NCBI GenBank assembly: GCA_044237845.1
Contig: JBIIEL010000002.1
Coordinates: 6,550-70,549 of the forward strand
Direction of reading: 5' to 3'
Source: Rickettsiales bacterium
GTDB taxonomy: Bacteria; Pseudomonadota; Alphaproteobacteria; Rickettsiales; UBA3002
Length of the DNA: 64,000 bases
This document shows positions 49,764 through 60,169 of the stretch, piece after piece (the stretch's first letter is position 1; every line of letters starts with the position of its first letter). The notes beneath the pieces are model-generated. The model was not told the origin of the DNA. It did no database searches and saw only the letters and a list, made by a program, of their open reading frames with translations. The translations under genes and the position numbers were made by a program.

Positions 49764-50651
49764 CTAGCCTATCCACTCCGTCTGCGCAATGCCCATGGCG
49801 TAGAGCAGGCTGGTGAGGTCGGTGTGGCGTAGCGCGGCATGGGCGCCGGCGGCGACAACGGGTTTGGCGTGATAGGCCACGCCGAGCCCGGCGGTTTGTA
49901 GCATGGGTAGGTCGTTCGCGCCATCCCCCACCGCGAGTGTGGCCGAAAGCGGAATGCGCTGCTGTGCGGCTGTTGCCATCAGCGTTTGGCGTTTGGAATT
50001 TTTGTCGAGAATGGGCTGTGCGACTTCGCCGGTTAACGCGCCGTTTTCCAGCAGTAATTCATTGGCCTGCTGCCCATCGAACCCGAGCGCGGCGGCGACG
50101 CGGCTTGTGAAAAACGTGAAGCCACCGGAGACCAGCAGCGTTTTCACACCGCGATGGCGCAGGGTGGAAAGCAGCGTTTTCGCGCCCGGCATCAGGCGGA
50201 TGCGCGTGTCATACACATGTTGCAGTTCGGCGACGGGCAGGCCCTTCAGCAGCGCCACCCGCTCGGTCAGCGCGGCAGCGAAATCGAGCTCCCCACGCAT
50301 TGCGCGCTCGGTGATCGCGGCGACGTGCGAACGCAGCCCCACGGATTCGGCGAGTTCATCAATACATTCCTGTTCGATCATGGTTGAATCCATGTCGGAA
50401 ATGAACAGGCGCTTGTCACGCGTGGCCACTTTCTGCAGCACGAAATCAATGGCTTGTTGGTCGGCGAGCCTGTGTATAACGTCGAGCGCCTCGCCCGCTG
50501 GGGGGTGTTCGAGCAGCAGGTCGCAGGCGTCCTCCGACAGCCAGACGGTGCGAAGCGGGTTGAGCTTGGCGCGCAACTGGCCTAGAAGTTCGGCACGCGC
50601 GCGCAATTTTACGGCAGTCGGCGGCGCAATAAGGGTCAACACATGGTGCAT
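49764..50651 (-). CDS. serB: Phosphoserine phosphatase
   Basis: DMDSTMIEQECIDE, VSGGF, GDGANDLPML. Confidence 0.95.
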   Translation of the reverse strand: MHHVLTLIAPPTAVKLRARAELLGQLRAKLNPLRTVWLSEDACDLLLEHPPAGEALDVIHRLADQQAIDFVLQKVATRDKRLFISDMDSTMIEQECIDELAESVGLRSHVAAITERAMRGELDFAAALTERVALLKGLPVAELQHVYDTRIRLMPGAKTLLSTLRHRGVKTLLVSGGFTFFTSRVAAALGFDGQQANELLLENGALTGEVAQPILDKNSKRQTLMATAAQQRIPLSATLAVGDGANDLPMLQTAGLGVAYHAKPVVAAGAHAALRHTDLTSLLYAMGIAQTEWIG

Positions 50652-51530
50652 AGAATCGCAGTCCTGATGGGGCCAACCGGCTCGGGCAAGTCGGCCATGG
50701 CTTTGGCGATAGCACGCACGCGCCCCACTGTCATCATCAATGCCGATGCGATGCAGATGGTGCGTGCGCTGCGGGTGCTGAGCGCGAGGCCGAGCGAGGA
50801 CGAGGAGGCGGCGGCCGAACACGCGCTTTATGGCGTGCTGGCAGCCGATGCGCCGACTTCTGTAGCGTTATGGCTCAAGCTGGTGGAGCCGGTGATTGCC
50901 CGCGCGTGGGCGGAGGGAAAGCTGCCGCTGCTCGTGGGCGGAACGGGCATGTATGTGAAGGCGCTGATGGAGGGGTTGGCCACTGTGCCGCCGATTCCGC
51001 CGGAGGTGCGGGCGCGGGTGCGGGCGGTGGCGCGCGAGGAACTGCACAGCCTGCTTGCCGCCAAAGACCCGGGGATGGCGGCGCAGCTGAAACCCGGGGA
51101 CACGCAACGGCTGCTGCGCGCGCTGGAGGTGGTGGAGGCCACCGGCATCAGCCTCGCCATTTGGCAAAAACAAGCCTCAAAGCCGACATTTCCAGATGCG
51201 GAATTCACGAGCTTTTTTGTCGATATGCCCCGCGATACGGTCTACGCGAACATCAACCAACGTTTTGAAAAGATGATGGAAAATGGCGCCGTGGCGGAGG
51301 TAGAAGCACTACTGGCGCAAAACCTACCCGCAGACACCCCCATTCTGCGTGCCCACGGGGTGCCGGAAATTGCCGCGATGCTCGCCGGAACCATGACGCC
51401 TGCGGAGGCCATCACCCGCGCCCAGCAATATACCCGCAACTACGCCAAACGGCAGATGACCTGGATACGCAACCAGATGCCAGACGCGATTCCCGTGAAG
51501 GCGGGCAGCATACCTCCTGAAATGTCATGA
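50643..51530 (+). CDS. miaA: tRNA dimethylallyltransferase
   Basis: GPTGSGKS, INADAMQ, VGGTGMY, TRNYAKRQMTW. Confidence 0.95.
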   Translation: MVHRIAVLMGPTGSGKSAMALAIARTRPTVIINADAMQMVRALRVLSARPSEDEEAAAEHALYGVLAADAPTSVALWLKLVEPVIARAWAEGKLPLLVGGTGMYVKALMEGLATVPPIPPEVRARVRAVAREELHSLLAAKDPGMAAQLKPGDTQRLLRALEVVEATGISLAIWQKQASKPTFPDAEFTSFFVDMPRDTVYANINQRFEKMMENGAVAEVEALLAQNLPADTPILRAHGVPEIAAMLAGTMTPAEAITRAQQYTRNYAKRQMTWIRNQMPDAIPVKAGSIPPEMS

Positions 51531-51540
51531 AATTGTCACA
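51521..51540 (+). promoter_or_regulatory. Direct-repeat box copy 9 (overlaps the miaA stop)
   Basis: AATGTCATGAAATTGTCACA; TATAGT 21 nt downstream. Confidence 0.75.
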
Positions 51541-51573
51541 TTCCTAGGGTGTTGGGTGGGGTATAGTGGGGGT

Positions 51574-52473
51574 ATGGATGATTACGAGAAACAGGATGAT
51601 AGCACACCAGAAAGCGGCAGTCCCGCACTTCATGAAGTGCTGAGATGGGCGCGCGCGGGTTATCGCTGCAAAGATGAGCCGGATATTCTCTATTTGGTGT
51701 TTGATAATGAGGAAGATGCCGCAGAAGCACTTCCGGTGTTGAGCGATTATATCCCGCCTGAAACAGAAATAGAGCAGGATACATTTGATGTGTTGTTGGA
51801 TGAAGCCAGGAAAGAAATAGAGACCTATCATCTGCTGCGCTGCCCATTGCAATCTGCACCCAAGGAGCTGCAGGAGGAAGGAGTGGCTGATTTTGAGAGT
51901 GGGGAGCCTGACCCTATTCTGCTGGCGGCGGGGGAATTGAATATGAAAATCATCGAGGTGCAGAGCCAACAAGAGGCGCATGACAAGGTGGCTGAGTGGT
52001 TGCAGGACAATAATCTGCAGATGCTGATGTACCCCTACCGGCCTATGGCCTGCTATATCATGGAAAATGATCCTGAAGTTTTAGGGTTGATTTATTCTGC
52101 GACGGATCGTGAGCGGATGCAATTCGCCATGCGTGAATTTCAAGAAAAATATAAGCTTGATAGGCCGCTCGAAGAAATTCCGTTTGAAGGGAATCTTTGT
52201 GGGTTTTGTTTGCCGCTGACGATTGAGGACATCGAAAATGGAGAGAAGTTTGTACCCGAAGAAGTGGATATTCTGTTGGAGGAAGGGCGCGAAGGATTGA
52301 TTCCGCTGGTCGAGCATGTGAAAGATGCCAAGGATCTGATTAAAAAATTGGGGCGTGCGGAATTGGCCTCCGGCAAGGCGAATGACCGAATGGCCCCGGA
52401 GTTTGTTGTGAAATCCATCATAAAACAGGGCGGAATCCTTGACCCGGATGGCCTTGGATTTTCCTATAACTAA
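51574..52473 (+). CDS. Acidic hypothetical protein (orphan), probably leaderless
   Basis: ~299-aa D/E-rich ORF; ATG 6 nt after TATAGT. Confidence 0.75.
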   Translation: MDDYEKQDDSTPESGSPALHEVLRWARAGYRCKDEPDILYLVFDNEEDAAEALPVLSDYIPPETEIEQDTFDVLLDEARKEIETYHLLRCPLQSAPKELQEEGVADFESGEPDPILLAAGELNMKIIEVQSQQEAHDKVAEWLQDNNLQMLMYPYRPMACYIMENDPEVLGLIYSATDRERMQFAMREFQEKYKLDRPLEEIPFEGNLCGFCLPLTIEDIENGEKFVPEEVDILLEEGREGLIPLVEHVKDAKDLIKKLGRAELASGKANDRMAPEFVVKSIIKQGGILDPDGLGFSYN

Positions 52474-52583
52474 CCACCTAAACGAAAATCGTGCGTGCAA
52501 AAGATGGCCAGCCCCCTGTAGCCATGGCGGAAGTCTGCCGCACCAGGGTGGCGAATGTGAGCAGGGGGAAGCGGGGATTTCGT

Positions 52584-52775
52584 TTATACGATCATGCCAG
52601 CCGCTTTCAGGGCGACCAGAGTGCCGCGCGCTGCTGCTTTCTCGGTGGAGATAATATTCAGAGGGCGCTCTGCATACTCGTCGCCACCTTGGTTATCAGC
52701 GCGGTTACGCTCGTTAATCATCCGGTTCACATTACCGAGCATAGTGTTGAAATCTTTTTTCTGCATTGTCCCCAT
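52584..52775 (-). CDS. Small hypothetical protein
   Basis: 63-aa ORF with AAAGGAG nearby; downstream of box copy 10. Confidence 0.5.
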   Translation of the reverse strand: MGTMQKKDFNTMLGNVNRMINERNRADNQGGDEYAERPLNIISTEKAAARGTLVALKAAGMIV

Positions 52776-52825
52776 CTCCTTTGTGTCTAGCCATCAATTC
52801 CATACCCCATCCCACCCCACTTGTT

Positions 52826-52845
52826 TGTGACAGTTTTGTGACAAT
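52826..52845 (-). promoter_or_regulatory. Direct-repeat box copy 10
   Basis: ATTGTCACAAAACTGTCACA on the minus strand; TATGGA 21 nt downstream. Confidence 0.7.
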
Positions 52846-52990
52846 TGCATTTCGCTTGACAAATCAAATGACTAATGGCCAACCCTAGGGAAACTGCGGG
52901 GCGGCGGGCAACAAAAAACGCTTGCAATGAGCAGTCGCTTATGCTACGAGTGATTTATATAAGTATTTTGTGCATGTAGCACGAGGGTTT

Positions 52991-53356
52991 ATGCAGGTAG
53001 TCAACAGCACCGCGTTTGCGGAAAGCGCCTATGGCGCAAAAAAGCCGCCCCAGCAGAAAAGATCTGTGGGTGCCGCCGCTGCTTATGTTGCCAATTCCAG
53101 CAAACTCTCCGCCGCCGAAAAAAACAGTTTCATACGCCAGCTTAGTAGCGTTGGCGGTGGTGATATGAAAATCATCGCGACCATTATGGCCTCGGTGCAG
53201 CTCACCGAATCCACCCGTGAAGAGGGTAGCTACCCTATCAACAACGTCAAAACGACCGGCGAAAAAGACCGCAAGCCGCTGCCGTTTGACCAGCCGAAAT
53301 TCGAGGACGATAAACCCCGTTGCGACTCCGAATGCGGCGTCGATATTCTGGCGTAG
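52991..53356 (+). CDS. Hypothetical protein
   Basis: 121-aa ORF with GAGG RBS, ends GVDILA. Confidence 0.65.
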   Translation: MQVVNSTAFAESAYGAKKPPQQKRSVGAAAAYVANSSKLSAAEKNSFIRQLSSVGGGDMKIIATIMASVQLTESTREEGSYPINNVKTTGEKDRKPLPFDQPKFEDDKPRCDSECGVDILA

Positions 53357-53425
53357 GCTCTCCTAATAACTTGGCAGAAAGCCGTGTTTCGCGTATGAAG
53401 CAAGACTGCTTCATACGGAGTACTT

Positions 53426-54430
53426 ATGCCGTCTTCATCCCCTATCTACCATGAAAAGGACTGTGATCGCGCGCTGATTCAGGCGAAGCGTGTTGCGATT
53501 GTCGGCTATGGCAGCCAGGGCCATGCGCATGCGCTGAATTTGCGCGACTCCGGCGTGAAGGACGTGCGCGTGGCGCTGCACCCGGATTCTAAGACCGCTG
53601 AAAAGGCCAAAGCCGCAGGCTTCAAGGTAATGACGCCCGCCGCTGCCGCGCAATGGGCGGATGTGGTGGTGATCCTCACGCCGGATGAATGCCAGGCGGA
53701 ACTCTATGCCAAAGAACTCGCGGAGAATTTGCAGCAGGGCGCGAGCCTCGCCTTCGCGCATGGGCTCAACGTGCATTTCGGCTTGCTGACGCCACGCGCC
53801 GACCTCGATGTGTGGATGGTCGCGCCCAAGGAGATCGGCCCGGCGGTGCGCGCGTTGTATGTGCAGGGCAGCGGCGCGCCATGCCTCGTCGCAGTAGCGC
53901 AGGATGTGAGCGGTGGTGCTAAATCGCTGGCGCTGAGCTATGCCGCCGCGCTGGGTGGCGCAAAAGCGGGGATCCTCGAGACGAGTTTCGCTGCGGAGTG
54001 CGAGGTCGATCTGTTCGGCGAGCAGGCGGTGCTGTTTGGCGGGCTGCCGCCGTTGATGCGCGCGGCTTTCGACACGCTGGTGGAGGCGGGCTATAACCCG
54101 CAGATGGCGTATTTCAAGTGCGTGCAGCAGGTGAAACTGGTGGCGGATGCGATCGTGGCGCGCGGCATCAGCGGCATGAACGAGATGATCTCGAACACGG
54201 CCGAATATGGCGGCTATGTGGCCGGGCCACGGCTGGTGACCGAGCAGACGCGCGCGGAAATGAAGCGGATTCTGGCCGATATCCAGGCTGGCAAATTCAC
54301 GAAAGAATTCATGGCCGACCGCACGCCGCAGGGCGCACATAACCTCGAAAAATGGCGCGAAGCGAGTAAAGCGCTGCCGATCGAGCAGACCGGCGCTGCA
54401 CTGCGCGGGAAGATGCCGGGTAAGAAATAA
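53426..54430 (+). CDS. ilvC: Ketol-acid reductoisomerase homolog with altered active-site residues
   Basis: [36 protein letters not shown]. Confidence 0.88.
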   Translation: MPSSSPIYHEKDCDRALIQAKRVAIVGYGSQGHAHALNLRDSGVKDVRVALHPDSKTAEKAKAAGFKVMTPAAAAQWADVVVILTPDECQAELYAKELAENLQQGASLAFAHGLNVHFGLLTPRADLDVWMVAPKEIGPAVRALYVQGSGAPCLVAVAQDVSGGAKSLALSYAAALGGAKAGILETSFAAECEVDLFGEQAVLFGGLPPLMRAAFDTLVEAGYNPQMAYFKCVQQVKLVADAIVARGISGMNEMISNTAEYGGYVAGPRLVTEQTRAEMKRILADIQAGKFTKEFMADRTPQGAHNLEKWREASKALPIEQTGAALRGKMPGKK

Positions 54431-54521
54431 GCGTTTTTTTGAGGCGCAGACCCCGGCATGAAGCCGGGGTAACAGCTCAGTGTGTGTGCAACCCATTGAT
54501 ATTACCTGCGGCGCGGGGGCA

Positions 54522-54541
54522 ATTGTCACAGAATCTTCACA
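54522..54541 (+). promoter_or_regulatory. Direct-repeat box copy 11 (half-sites in swapped order)
   Basis: ATTGTCACAGAATCTTCACA; TAGGAT 21 nt downstream. Confidence 0.7.
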
Positions 54542-54585
54542 AAACTCGGCGGGAAGTTGGGGTAGGATGGCGGTATACCCTAACC

Positions 54586-55566
54586 ATGGTACAAACTATG
54601 TTCAACCGCGATGCCCCCAAAGTACTGATTGTCGATTCTGACTGGCGTTATCTCGAGCGTCGTCAGCAGATAGCTGTGCCCAGTACGGCCAACATCCATA
54701 CGCGATATTGTTTTTTTGAACAGCCAGGCGACGCTGAAGAGCGGGCAATACCCAAATACATCAAGCGATTTACGAGTAAGAATGATATTCTGGATTACGT
54801 TCGCGAAAACAAAATCGATGCGATTCTCGCCTGTGATTGTGCTACTGGCAAAGCATTATTGGACACTATTGGAGATGAGATTCCAGTGATTCTGCATGAC
54901 CGCGTGGTGCCGGTAAATCCTCCTATTATTGTGGAGCAGCCCTTTGAGGAAGGGGAAGAAAAGAAAGAACCGCATGTGATTACGACGCGCGAAGTCCTGA
55001 CCCATCACATCACCGCGCTTTCGCCCGCAGCAGAGGCGCTGGCTAACACGAAACGCGTCGCCGCTACCATTGGTGCGGAATCTATTCCAGCACTCTATAA
55101 GCTGGTTGCACCTGCGACGCAGGTAACAAAAGTGGCGCGCCCAAAGACGATCGTGGTGAACTTGCGTACCGATGGTCTGGAAGCAGCGCCCGGTACGTTA
55201 TTGAACGTAGCAGTAGGAGGGAACCCAACGAAAAGTGACGTAACCATTGCGGATTGGCAGGCATTGAAAAACTATATTGTAACGCATGCGAACGATGTTG
55301 GAAATGTGGTGGTTAATGTCAGTAATTTGCAGCACAACGAGATTCGTAAGATTGCACTCATGATCAGTCCTCTGGCACTTGAGCGCCCCGTGACCTTCGT
55401 TACGAATGCGGGGCAGAATGAAGAAATGTCAGAGCTTTTTAAAGAGCTTGGCATTCAGACGGTTTCTGATAAGGACGCGTTGCGCTCGCATATGGTCGCG
55501 TTCGAGAACGAAGCGTCCCAAAGAGTGCAGGCGATTGTTGACCGACTTAAGCACTTAAAATTATAA
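54586..55566 (+). CDS. Hypothetical protein with a receiver-like N-terminus
   Basis: PKVLIVDSD...IDAILACD...PVILHD pattern. Confidence 0.7.
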   Translation: MVQTMFNRDAPKVLIVDSDWRYLERRQQIAVPSTANIHTRYCFFEQPGDAEERAIPKYIKRFTSKNDILDYVRENKIDAILACDCATGKALLDTIGDEIPVILHDRVVPVNPPIIVEQPFEEGEEKKEPHVITTREVLTHHITALSPAAEALANTKRVAATIGAESIPALYKLVAPATQVTKVARPKTIVVNLRTDGLEAAPGTLLNVAVGGNPTKSDVTIADWQALKNYIVTHANDVGNVVVNVSNLQHNEIRKIALMISPLALERPVTFVTNAGQNEEMSELFKELGIQTVSDKDALRSHMVAFENEASQRVQAIVDRLKHLKL

Positions 55567-55574
55567 TCGGATTT

Positions 55575-56318
55575 ATGGCAAAACCCGTACAGCAGATCAA
55601 CGATATAAACAATCATGGCAAAATGCAGCGGCCACCGCGCGTGCTGGTGGTGAGTGCTAATGGTGCGCTGCTGAATTTGTTTGCACAGCTGGTGAAGAAT
55701 GGCGAATTTATGGGGGTGGAGCCGGTGTTTGTGCCGTTTGGCCCGCAGCCTCAACCATTTATCTGCGAAGATCATGTGTTGCAGCCGATGGGTGTGAGTG
55801 AAATTGCGAGCTATGTGCTTGACCCTACCAATGGCATAGACGCGGTGGTGACGGATTTATACGAGAGCCTCGGCGAATTGCCGTCGCTGGCGGAGGGGAA
55901 GCGTGCCGAATTGAGAGACCCGGATGATGAGGATGTTTCGCTGGGAGAGGTGCCGCTGTTTGATGAGGATTTATTTGAAGAGCACCCCGAACTGCTTAAG
56001 GAGTTCGATGTCACGGAAGAGCTTCGGCGCAAGGAACTTGAGCAGCAGGATATCTATCGTAACCGCGCAGAGTTCGGGCGCGGGTTAGTCTCGTTTTTAA
56101 AAGGCTGTGGCTTTGAAGGGGCAATGGCGATTTATACGACTGACACGCGCGATGACCCGCGGCTCGCGCAGAAGAGAGAAAAGGCAAAAAAAGCCGGCGC
56201 GCTCGACCTATTCGATGCGAGCGATTTTAAATCCAAAAGCCCGAAACTCTCCGCTTTCGCGGCGGTGATTGAGGCGATCAATAACAAGGGACAAACGCAG
56301 CAGTGGGATGTCGCCTAG
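55575..56318 (+). CDS. Hypothetical protein, degenerate receiver-like with an acidic insert
   Basis: RVLVVS...IDAVVTD...MAIYTT...AKKAGA. Confidence 0.7.
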   Translation: MAKPVQQINDINNHGKMQRPPRVLVVSANGALLNLFAQLVKNGEFMGVEPVFVPFGPQPQPFICEDHVLQPMGVSEIASYVLDPTNGIDAVVTDLYESLGELPSLAEGKRAELRDPDDEDVSLGEVPLFDEDLFEEHPELLKEFDVTEELRRKELEQQDIYRNRAEFGRGLVSFLKGCGFEGAMAIYTTDTRDDPRLAQKREKAKKAGALDLFDASDFKSKSPKLSAFAAVIEAINNKGQTQQWDVA

Positions 56319-56324
56319 CGCCCG

Positions 56325-57239
56325 CTACACCGGGTCGGGGTGGATAATCACATCCGCACCGGGGAAGGCGGTTTCGATAGATTTTTCCAGCGCATCTGCA
56401 ATCGCGTGCGCCTCGCGGAAATTGAGCGACGCGTCGATCTCCGCATGCATCTGGATGAAGGGCTTCACCCCCGAATAACGCGTTTTCAGGTGATGGTGGC
56501 CGCGAATGCCTTCCGCCGCAGCGATGATGGCGATGAGCCGCGACTTCTCGGCCTCGTCCATCTCTTTATCCATGAGATTGTTGAATGCCCGCATCGCGAG
56601 TGGTCTGATGCTCCATAACACTACCACCGCAATGAGAATGGCCATAATGGGATCGGCCGAAGTGATGCCGACATAGGCGCTGAGCACATAGGCCGCGAGC
56701 ACGCCGATATTGAACAGAATATCGCCAAGATAATGCATGCGATCCGCCGCCACAATGAGCGAGCCGCTACGCTTGGCGACATAGGTTTGAAACAGCACCA
56801 GTGCCGTCGTCGCCACCATGCCCAGAATACTGACGCCGATGCCGAGTTCGGGATCGGTGAGCGCCATATGCGGGTTGCTGAGCCGCTCGAAGGATTGCAG
56901 CAGAATCAGCGTCATGCTGGCGACGATGAAGGCGCATTGGGCGAGGCCCGCAATGTCCTCGATGCTGGTATGGCCGAAGCTGTGGTCGTCATCCGCTGGC
57001 TTGAGCGCGTAACGCAGCGCCAGCATGTTGACCACCGACATCAGCACATCGAACGCTGAATCGGTGAGCGAGGAAAGCATCGCGAGCGAATCGGTTTTCC
57101 ACCAGGCGATGAGTTTGGCGATGAGTAGCACGCTCGCCACCGCCACCGAGGCATAACCGGCCAGACGCATCAGCCGCGCCGCTTCGTGCGAGGCGTGGTG
57201 GTCGAGCTCGGGATGGTGATGTGCGTGCGCGTGTGCCAT
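56325..57239 (-). CDS. fieF: Cation diffusion facilitator (FieF-like)
   Basis: His-rich N-terminus, SLTDSAFD, PADDDHSFGH, ADRMHYLGD, IIHPDP. Confidence 0.9.
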   Translation of the reverse strand: MAHAHAHHHPELDHHASHEAARLMRLAGYASVAVASVLLIAKLIAWWKTDSLAMLSSLTDSAFDVLMSVVNMLALRYALKPADDDHSFGHTSIEDIAGLAQCAFIVASMTLILLQSFERLSNPHMALTDPELGIGVSILGMVATTALVLFQTYVAKRSGSLIVAADRMHYLGDILFNIGVLAAYVLSAYVGITSADPIMAILIAVVVLWSIRPLAMRAFNNLMDKEMDEAEKSRLIAIIAAAEGIRGHHHLKTRYSGVKPFIQMHAEIDASLNFREAHAIADALEKSIETAFPGADVIIHPDPV

Positions 57240-57320
57240 GGGTGGTGTGTAGCGGTTCGCAGGGGAGAGGTAAAGGATGGGATTGCGCGTCCGTAATTTC
57301 TTCGCTATCACAGCCCGCAT

Positions 57321-57394
57321 GCGGGTGTAGCTTAATGGTAAAGCTCCAGCCTTCCAAGCTGGCTACGAGGGTTCGATTCCCTTCACCCGCTCCA
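57321..57394 (+). tRNA. tRNA-Gly(TCC)
   Basis: GCGGGTGTAGCTTAATGGTAAAGC...CTTCCAA...GTTCGATTCC...CCCGCTCCA. Confidence 0.97.
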
Positions 57395-57491
57395 CGCTTC
57401 GCCCCGATGGGGCTACGCGTGGCGCAGCCACCGGAGCACCATCGACTTGGGCGAAGTAGTGTCCGGCATAGCCCGAAGGGCGACGACGGAC
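57395..57491 (+). repeat. Hairpin-rich element directly after tRNA-Gly
   Basis: cttcgccccgatggggctacg...gtccggcatagcccgaagggcgacgacggac. Confidence 0.5.
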
Positions 57492-57517
57492 TGAAACGCG
57501 AAACTAAGGAAACACAC

Positions 57518-58519
57518 ATGATTCCCAGCACACGGATACAATGGGTAACTTTTGCCATCACGTGTATCGGCTTACTGCTGATCCTTAAATTCGGGCTGTT
57601 AGCGGCACTCATCAGCGGCTTGCTGGTGTATCACCTCGTCGAAATCGGCGCGGCCGTGCTGGGGCGCGTGGGCATTATTCCGGCGACGGGCAAGGTGATT
57701 CTGCTGGTGATGGTGGTGCTGGCAACCGTGGCGTTGATTACGTTTGGTGTGCTGGGCATTGAATCGCAGCTCGCCAACGGGACGGATAGCATCGCCGCGT
57801 TGCTGCAAAAAATGGCCGATGTGGTGGAATCCGGTCGCGTCTATCTGCCGGATTGGGTACAGGGCTATCTGCCCGCCAACATCGAGGAATGGCAGGTGAT
57901 GATTGCCGAGTGGTTGCGTCATAATGCCGGGCATTTCAGCGTGCTCGGCAAAGAGGCGGGCAAGGCGCTGGTGCATATTATTGTGGGGATGGTGATCGGC
58001 GGCATGGTGGCGCTGGATAACCGCCCGGCCTCGCGCGCGCCGCTCGCCGCCGCGCTGGGCGAGCGCATGGTGTTTCTCGCCCGCGCCTTTGGCCGCATCG
58101 TGTTCTCGCAGGTGCGGATATCGGCGCTTAACACCGCGCTCACCGCCGTGTTTCTGCTCGCGGTGCTGCCCGCACTCGGCACGCCGCTGCCGTTCGCTAA
58201 AACGCTGGTGGTGGTGACGTTTGTGGTGGGGCTGCTGCCGATCATCGGCAACCTGATTTCGAACACGGTGATTTTCCTCATCGCGCTCAGCGTCTCGGCA
58301 CTCACGGCGCTGCTCGCACTCAGCTATCTCATCGTGATTCATAAGCTGGAATATTTCATCAACGCCCGCATCATCGGCGGGCAGATCAACGCGCGGGCGT
58401 GGGAGATCCTCCTCGCGCTGGTGACGATGGAAGCCATGTTCGGCCTCCCCGGCGTCGTCGCCGCACCGATTTACTACGCCTACCTCAAGGATGAGCTGGC
58501 CGCACGGAAGCTGGTTTAG
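57518..58519 (+). CDS. AI-2E family transporter
   Basis: Multi-TM; QVRISALNT, GLLPIIGNLISN, IHKLEYFINARIIG. Confidence 0.85.
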   Translation: MIPSTRIQWVTFAITCIGLLLILKFGLLAALISGLLVYHLVEIGAAVLGRVGIIPATGKVILLVMVVLATVALITFGVLGIESQLANGTDSIAALLQKMADVVESGRVYLPDWVQGYLPANIEEWQVMIAEWLRHNAGHFSVLGKEAGKALVHIIVGMVIGGMVALDNRPASRAPLAAALGERMVFLARAFGRIVFSQVRISALNTALTAVFLLAVLPALGTPLPFAKTLVVVTFVVGLLPIIGNLISNTVIFLIALSVSALTALLALSYLIVIHKLEYFINARIIGGQINARAWEILLALVTMEAMFGLPGVVAAPIYYAYLKDELAARKLV

Positions 58520-58605
58520 TTTTCTATTGCAGCGCACGGTTAACTGCGCTAAACGCAGGCTCGCATTACGCAACCTTATTTCACTAAACCTAAAACGAGG
58601 ACATC

Positions 58606-59796
58606 ATGGCTAAGGAGAAATTCAACCGGTCGAAACCGCATTGCAACATTGGTACGATTGGGCACGTGGATCACGGGAAGACGTCGCTGACGGCGGCGAT
58701 TACGAAAGTACTGGCGAAGACGGGCGGCGCGACGTTCCGCGACTATGGCTCGATCGATGCGGCACCGGAAGAGAAAGCACGCGGGATCACCATCGCGACG
58801 GCGCATGTGGAATATGAAACCGCGAACCGCCACTACGCACACGTCGATTGCCCCGGCCACGCGGATTATGTGAAGAACATGATCACCGGCGCGGCGCAGA
58901 TGGACGGCGCGATTCTGGTGGTATCGGCGGCGGACGGCCCTATGCCACAAACCCGCGAGCACATCCTGCTGGCACGCCAAGTGGGCGTTCCAAGCATCGT
59001 GGTGTTCCTGAACAAATGCGACATGGTGGAAGACAAAGAACTGCTGGAACTCGTAGAAATGGAAGTGCGCGAGCTGCTCAGCAAATACGATTTCCCGGGC
59101 GACACGATCCCGATCATCCATGGCTCGGCGCTCAGCGCGCTCGAAGGCAAGTCGGATGGCTTCGGCGAAGAAGCGATTCTGAAGCTGATGGAAGCGGTAG
59201 ATGCCAGCATTCCTCAGCCAGAGCGCGCGATGGACAAGCCGTTCCTGATGCCGGTTGAGGACGTGTTCTCGATCTCGGGTCGTGGTACGGTTGTGACCGG
59301 CCGTGTGGAACGTGGCATGATTAAAGTGGGCGAAGAACTGGAAGTGGTTGGCCTGCGTGATACGCAGAAAACGACCTGCACCGGGATCGAGATGTTCCGC
59401 AAACTGCTCGACGAAGCCACCGCAGGCGACAACGCTGGCGTACTGCTGCGCGGTCTGAAGCGTGAAGATGTGGAGCGTGGTCAGGTACTGGCGAAGCCGG
59501 GCACGATTACGCCGCACACGAAGTTCGAAGCGGAAGCGTATATCCTGACGAAGGATGAAGGTGGCCGTCACACGCCGTTCTTCACCTCATACCGCCCACA
59601 GTTCTACTTCCGCACGACCGACGTGACGGGCGTAGTGACGCTGCCAGCGGGTATCGAGATGGTGATGCCAGGCGACAACGTGAAGATGGAAGTTGAGCTG
59701 ATCGCACCGATCGCGATGGATCAAGGTCTGCGCTTTGCAATCCGCGAAGGTGGCCGCACGGTTGGTGCGGGTGTTGTTGCGAAGGTGATTGCGTAA
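58606..59796 (+). CDS. tuf: Elongation factor Tu
   Basis: [27 protein letters not shown]. Confidence 0.99.
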   Translation: MAKEKFNRSKPHCNIGTIGHVDHGKTSLTAAITKVLAKTGGATFRDYGSIDAAPEEKARGITIATAHVEYETANRHYAHVDCPGHADYVKNMITGAAQMDGAILVVSAADGPMPQTREHILLARQVGVPSIVVFLNKCDMVEDKELLELVEMEVRELLSKYDFPGDTIPIIHGSALSALEGKSDGFGEEAILKLMEAVDASIPQPERAMDKPFLMPVEDVFSISGRGTVVTGRVERGMIKVGEELEVVGLRDTQKTTCTGIEMFRKLLDEATAGDNAGVLLRGLKREDVERGQVLAKPGTITPHTKFEAEAYILTKDEGGRHTPFFTSYRPQFYFRTTDVTGVVTLPAGIEMVMPGDNVKMEVELIAPIAMDQGLRFAIREGGRTVGAGVVAKVIA

Positions 59797-59829
59797 CTAG
59801 GTAACATAATAGCAAGGTTAGAGGGCAGT

Positions 59830-60159
59830 ATGGCCACGATGATGAACCAAAAAATCCGCATTCGCCTGCAGGCGTATGACCACGCGGTGCTCGATCACTC
59901 TGCAAAAGAGATCGTGCACACCGCGAAGCGTACGGGCGCGCAAGTGCTGGGCCCAGTGCCGCTGCCGCGCCGCATTGAGCGTTTTACTGTTAACCGTTCG
60001 CCGCACATCGATAAGAAGTCGCGCGAGCAGTTCGAGATCCGTACGCATAAGCGTCTGATCGATATTGTTGAGCCAACCCCACAAACCGTGGACGCGCTCG
60101 GCAAACTCGATCTCGCTTCGGGTGTGGAAGTCGAAATCACCGTGCTGAACGCAGCGTAG
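59830..60159 (+). CDS. rpsJ: 30S ribosomal protein S10
   Basis: [31 protein letters not shown]. Confidence 0.99.
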   Translation: MATMMNQKIRIRLQAYDHAVLDHSAKEIVHTAKRTGAQVLGPVPLPRRIERFTVNRSPHIDKKSREQFEIRTHKRLIDIVEPTPQTVDALGKLDLASGVEVEITVLNAA

Positions 60160-60169
60160 GGAGAGCATC

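Noticed and set aside
52481-52585. Possible ncRNA between convergent orphans
   Set aside because: Some pairing (aacgaaaatc/gatttcgtt, ccccctg/cagggg) but no family motif or promoter; may simply be a terminator region.
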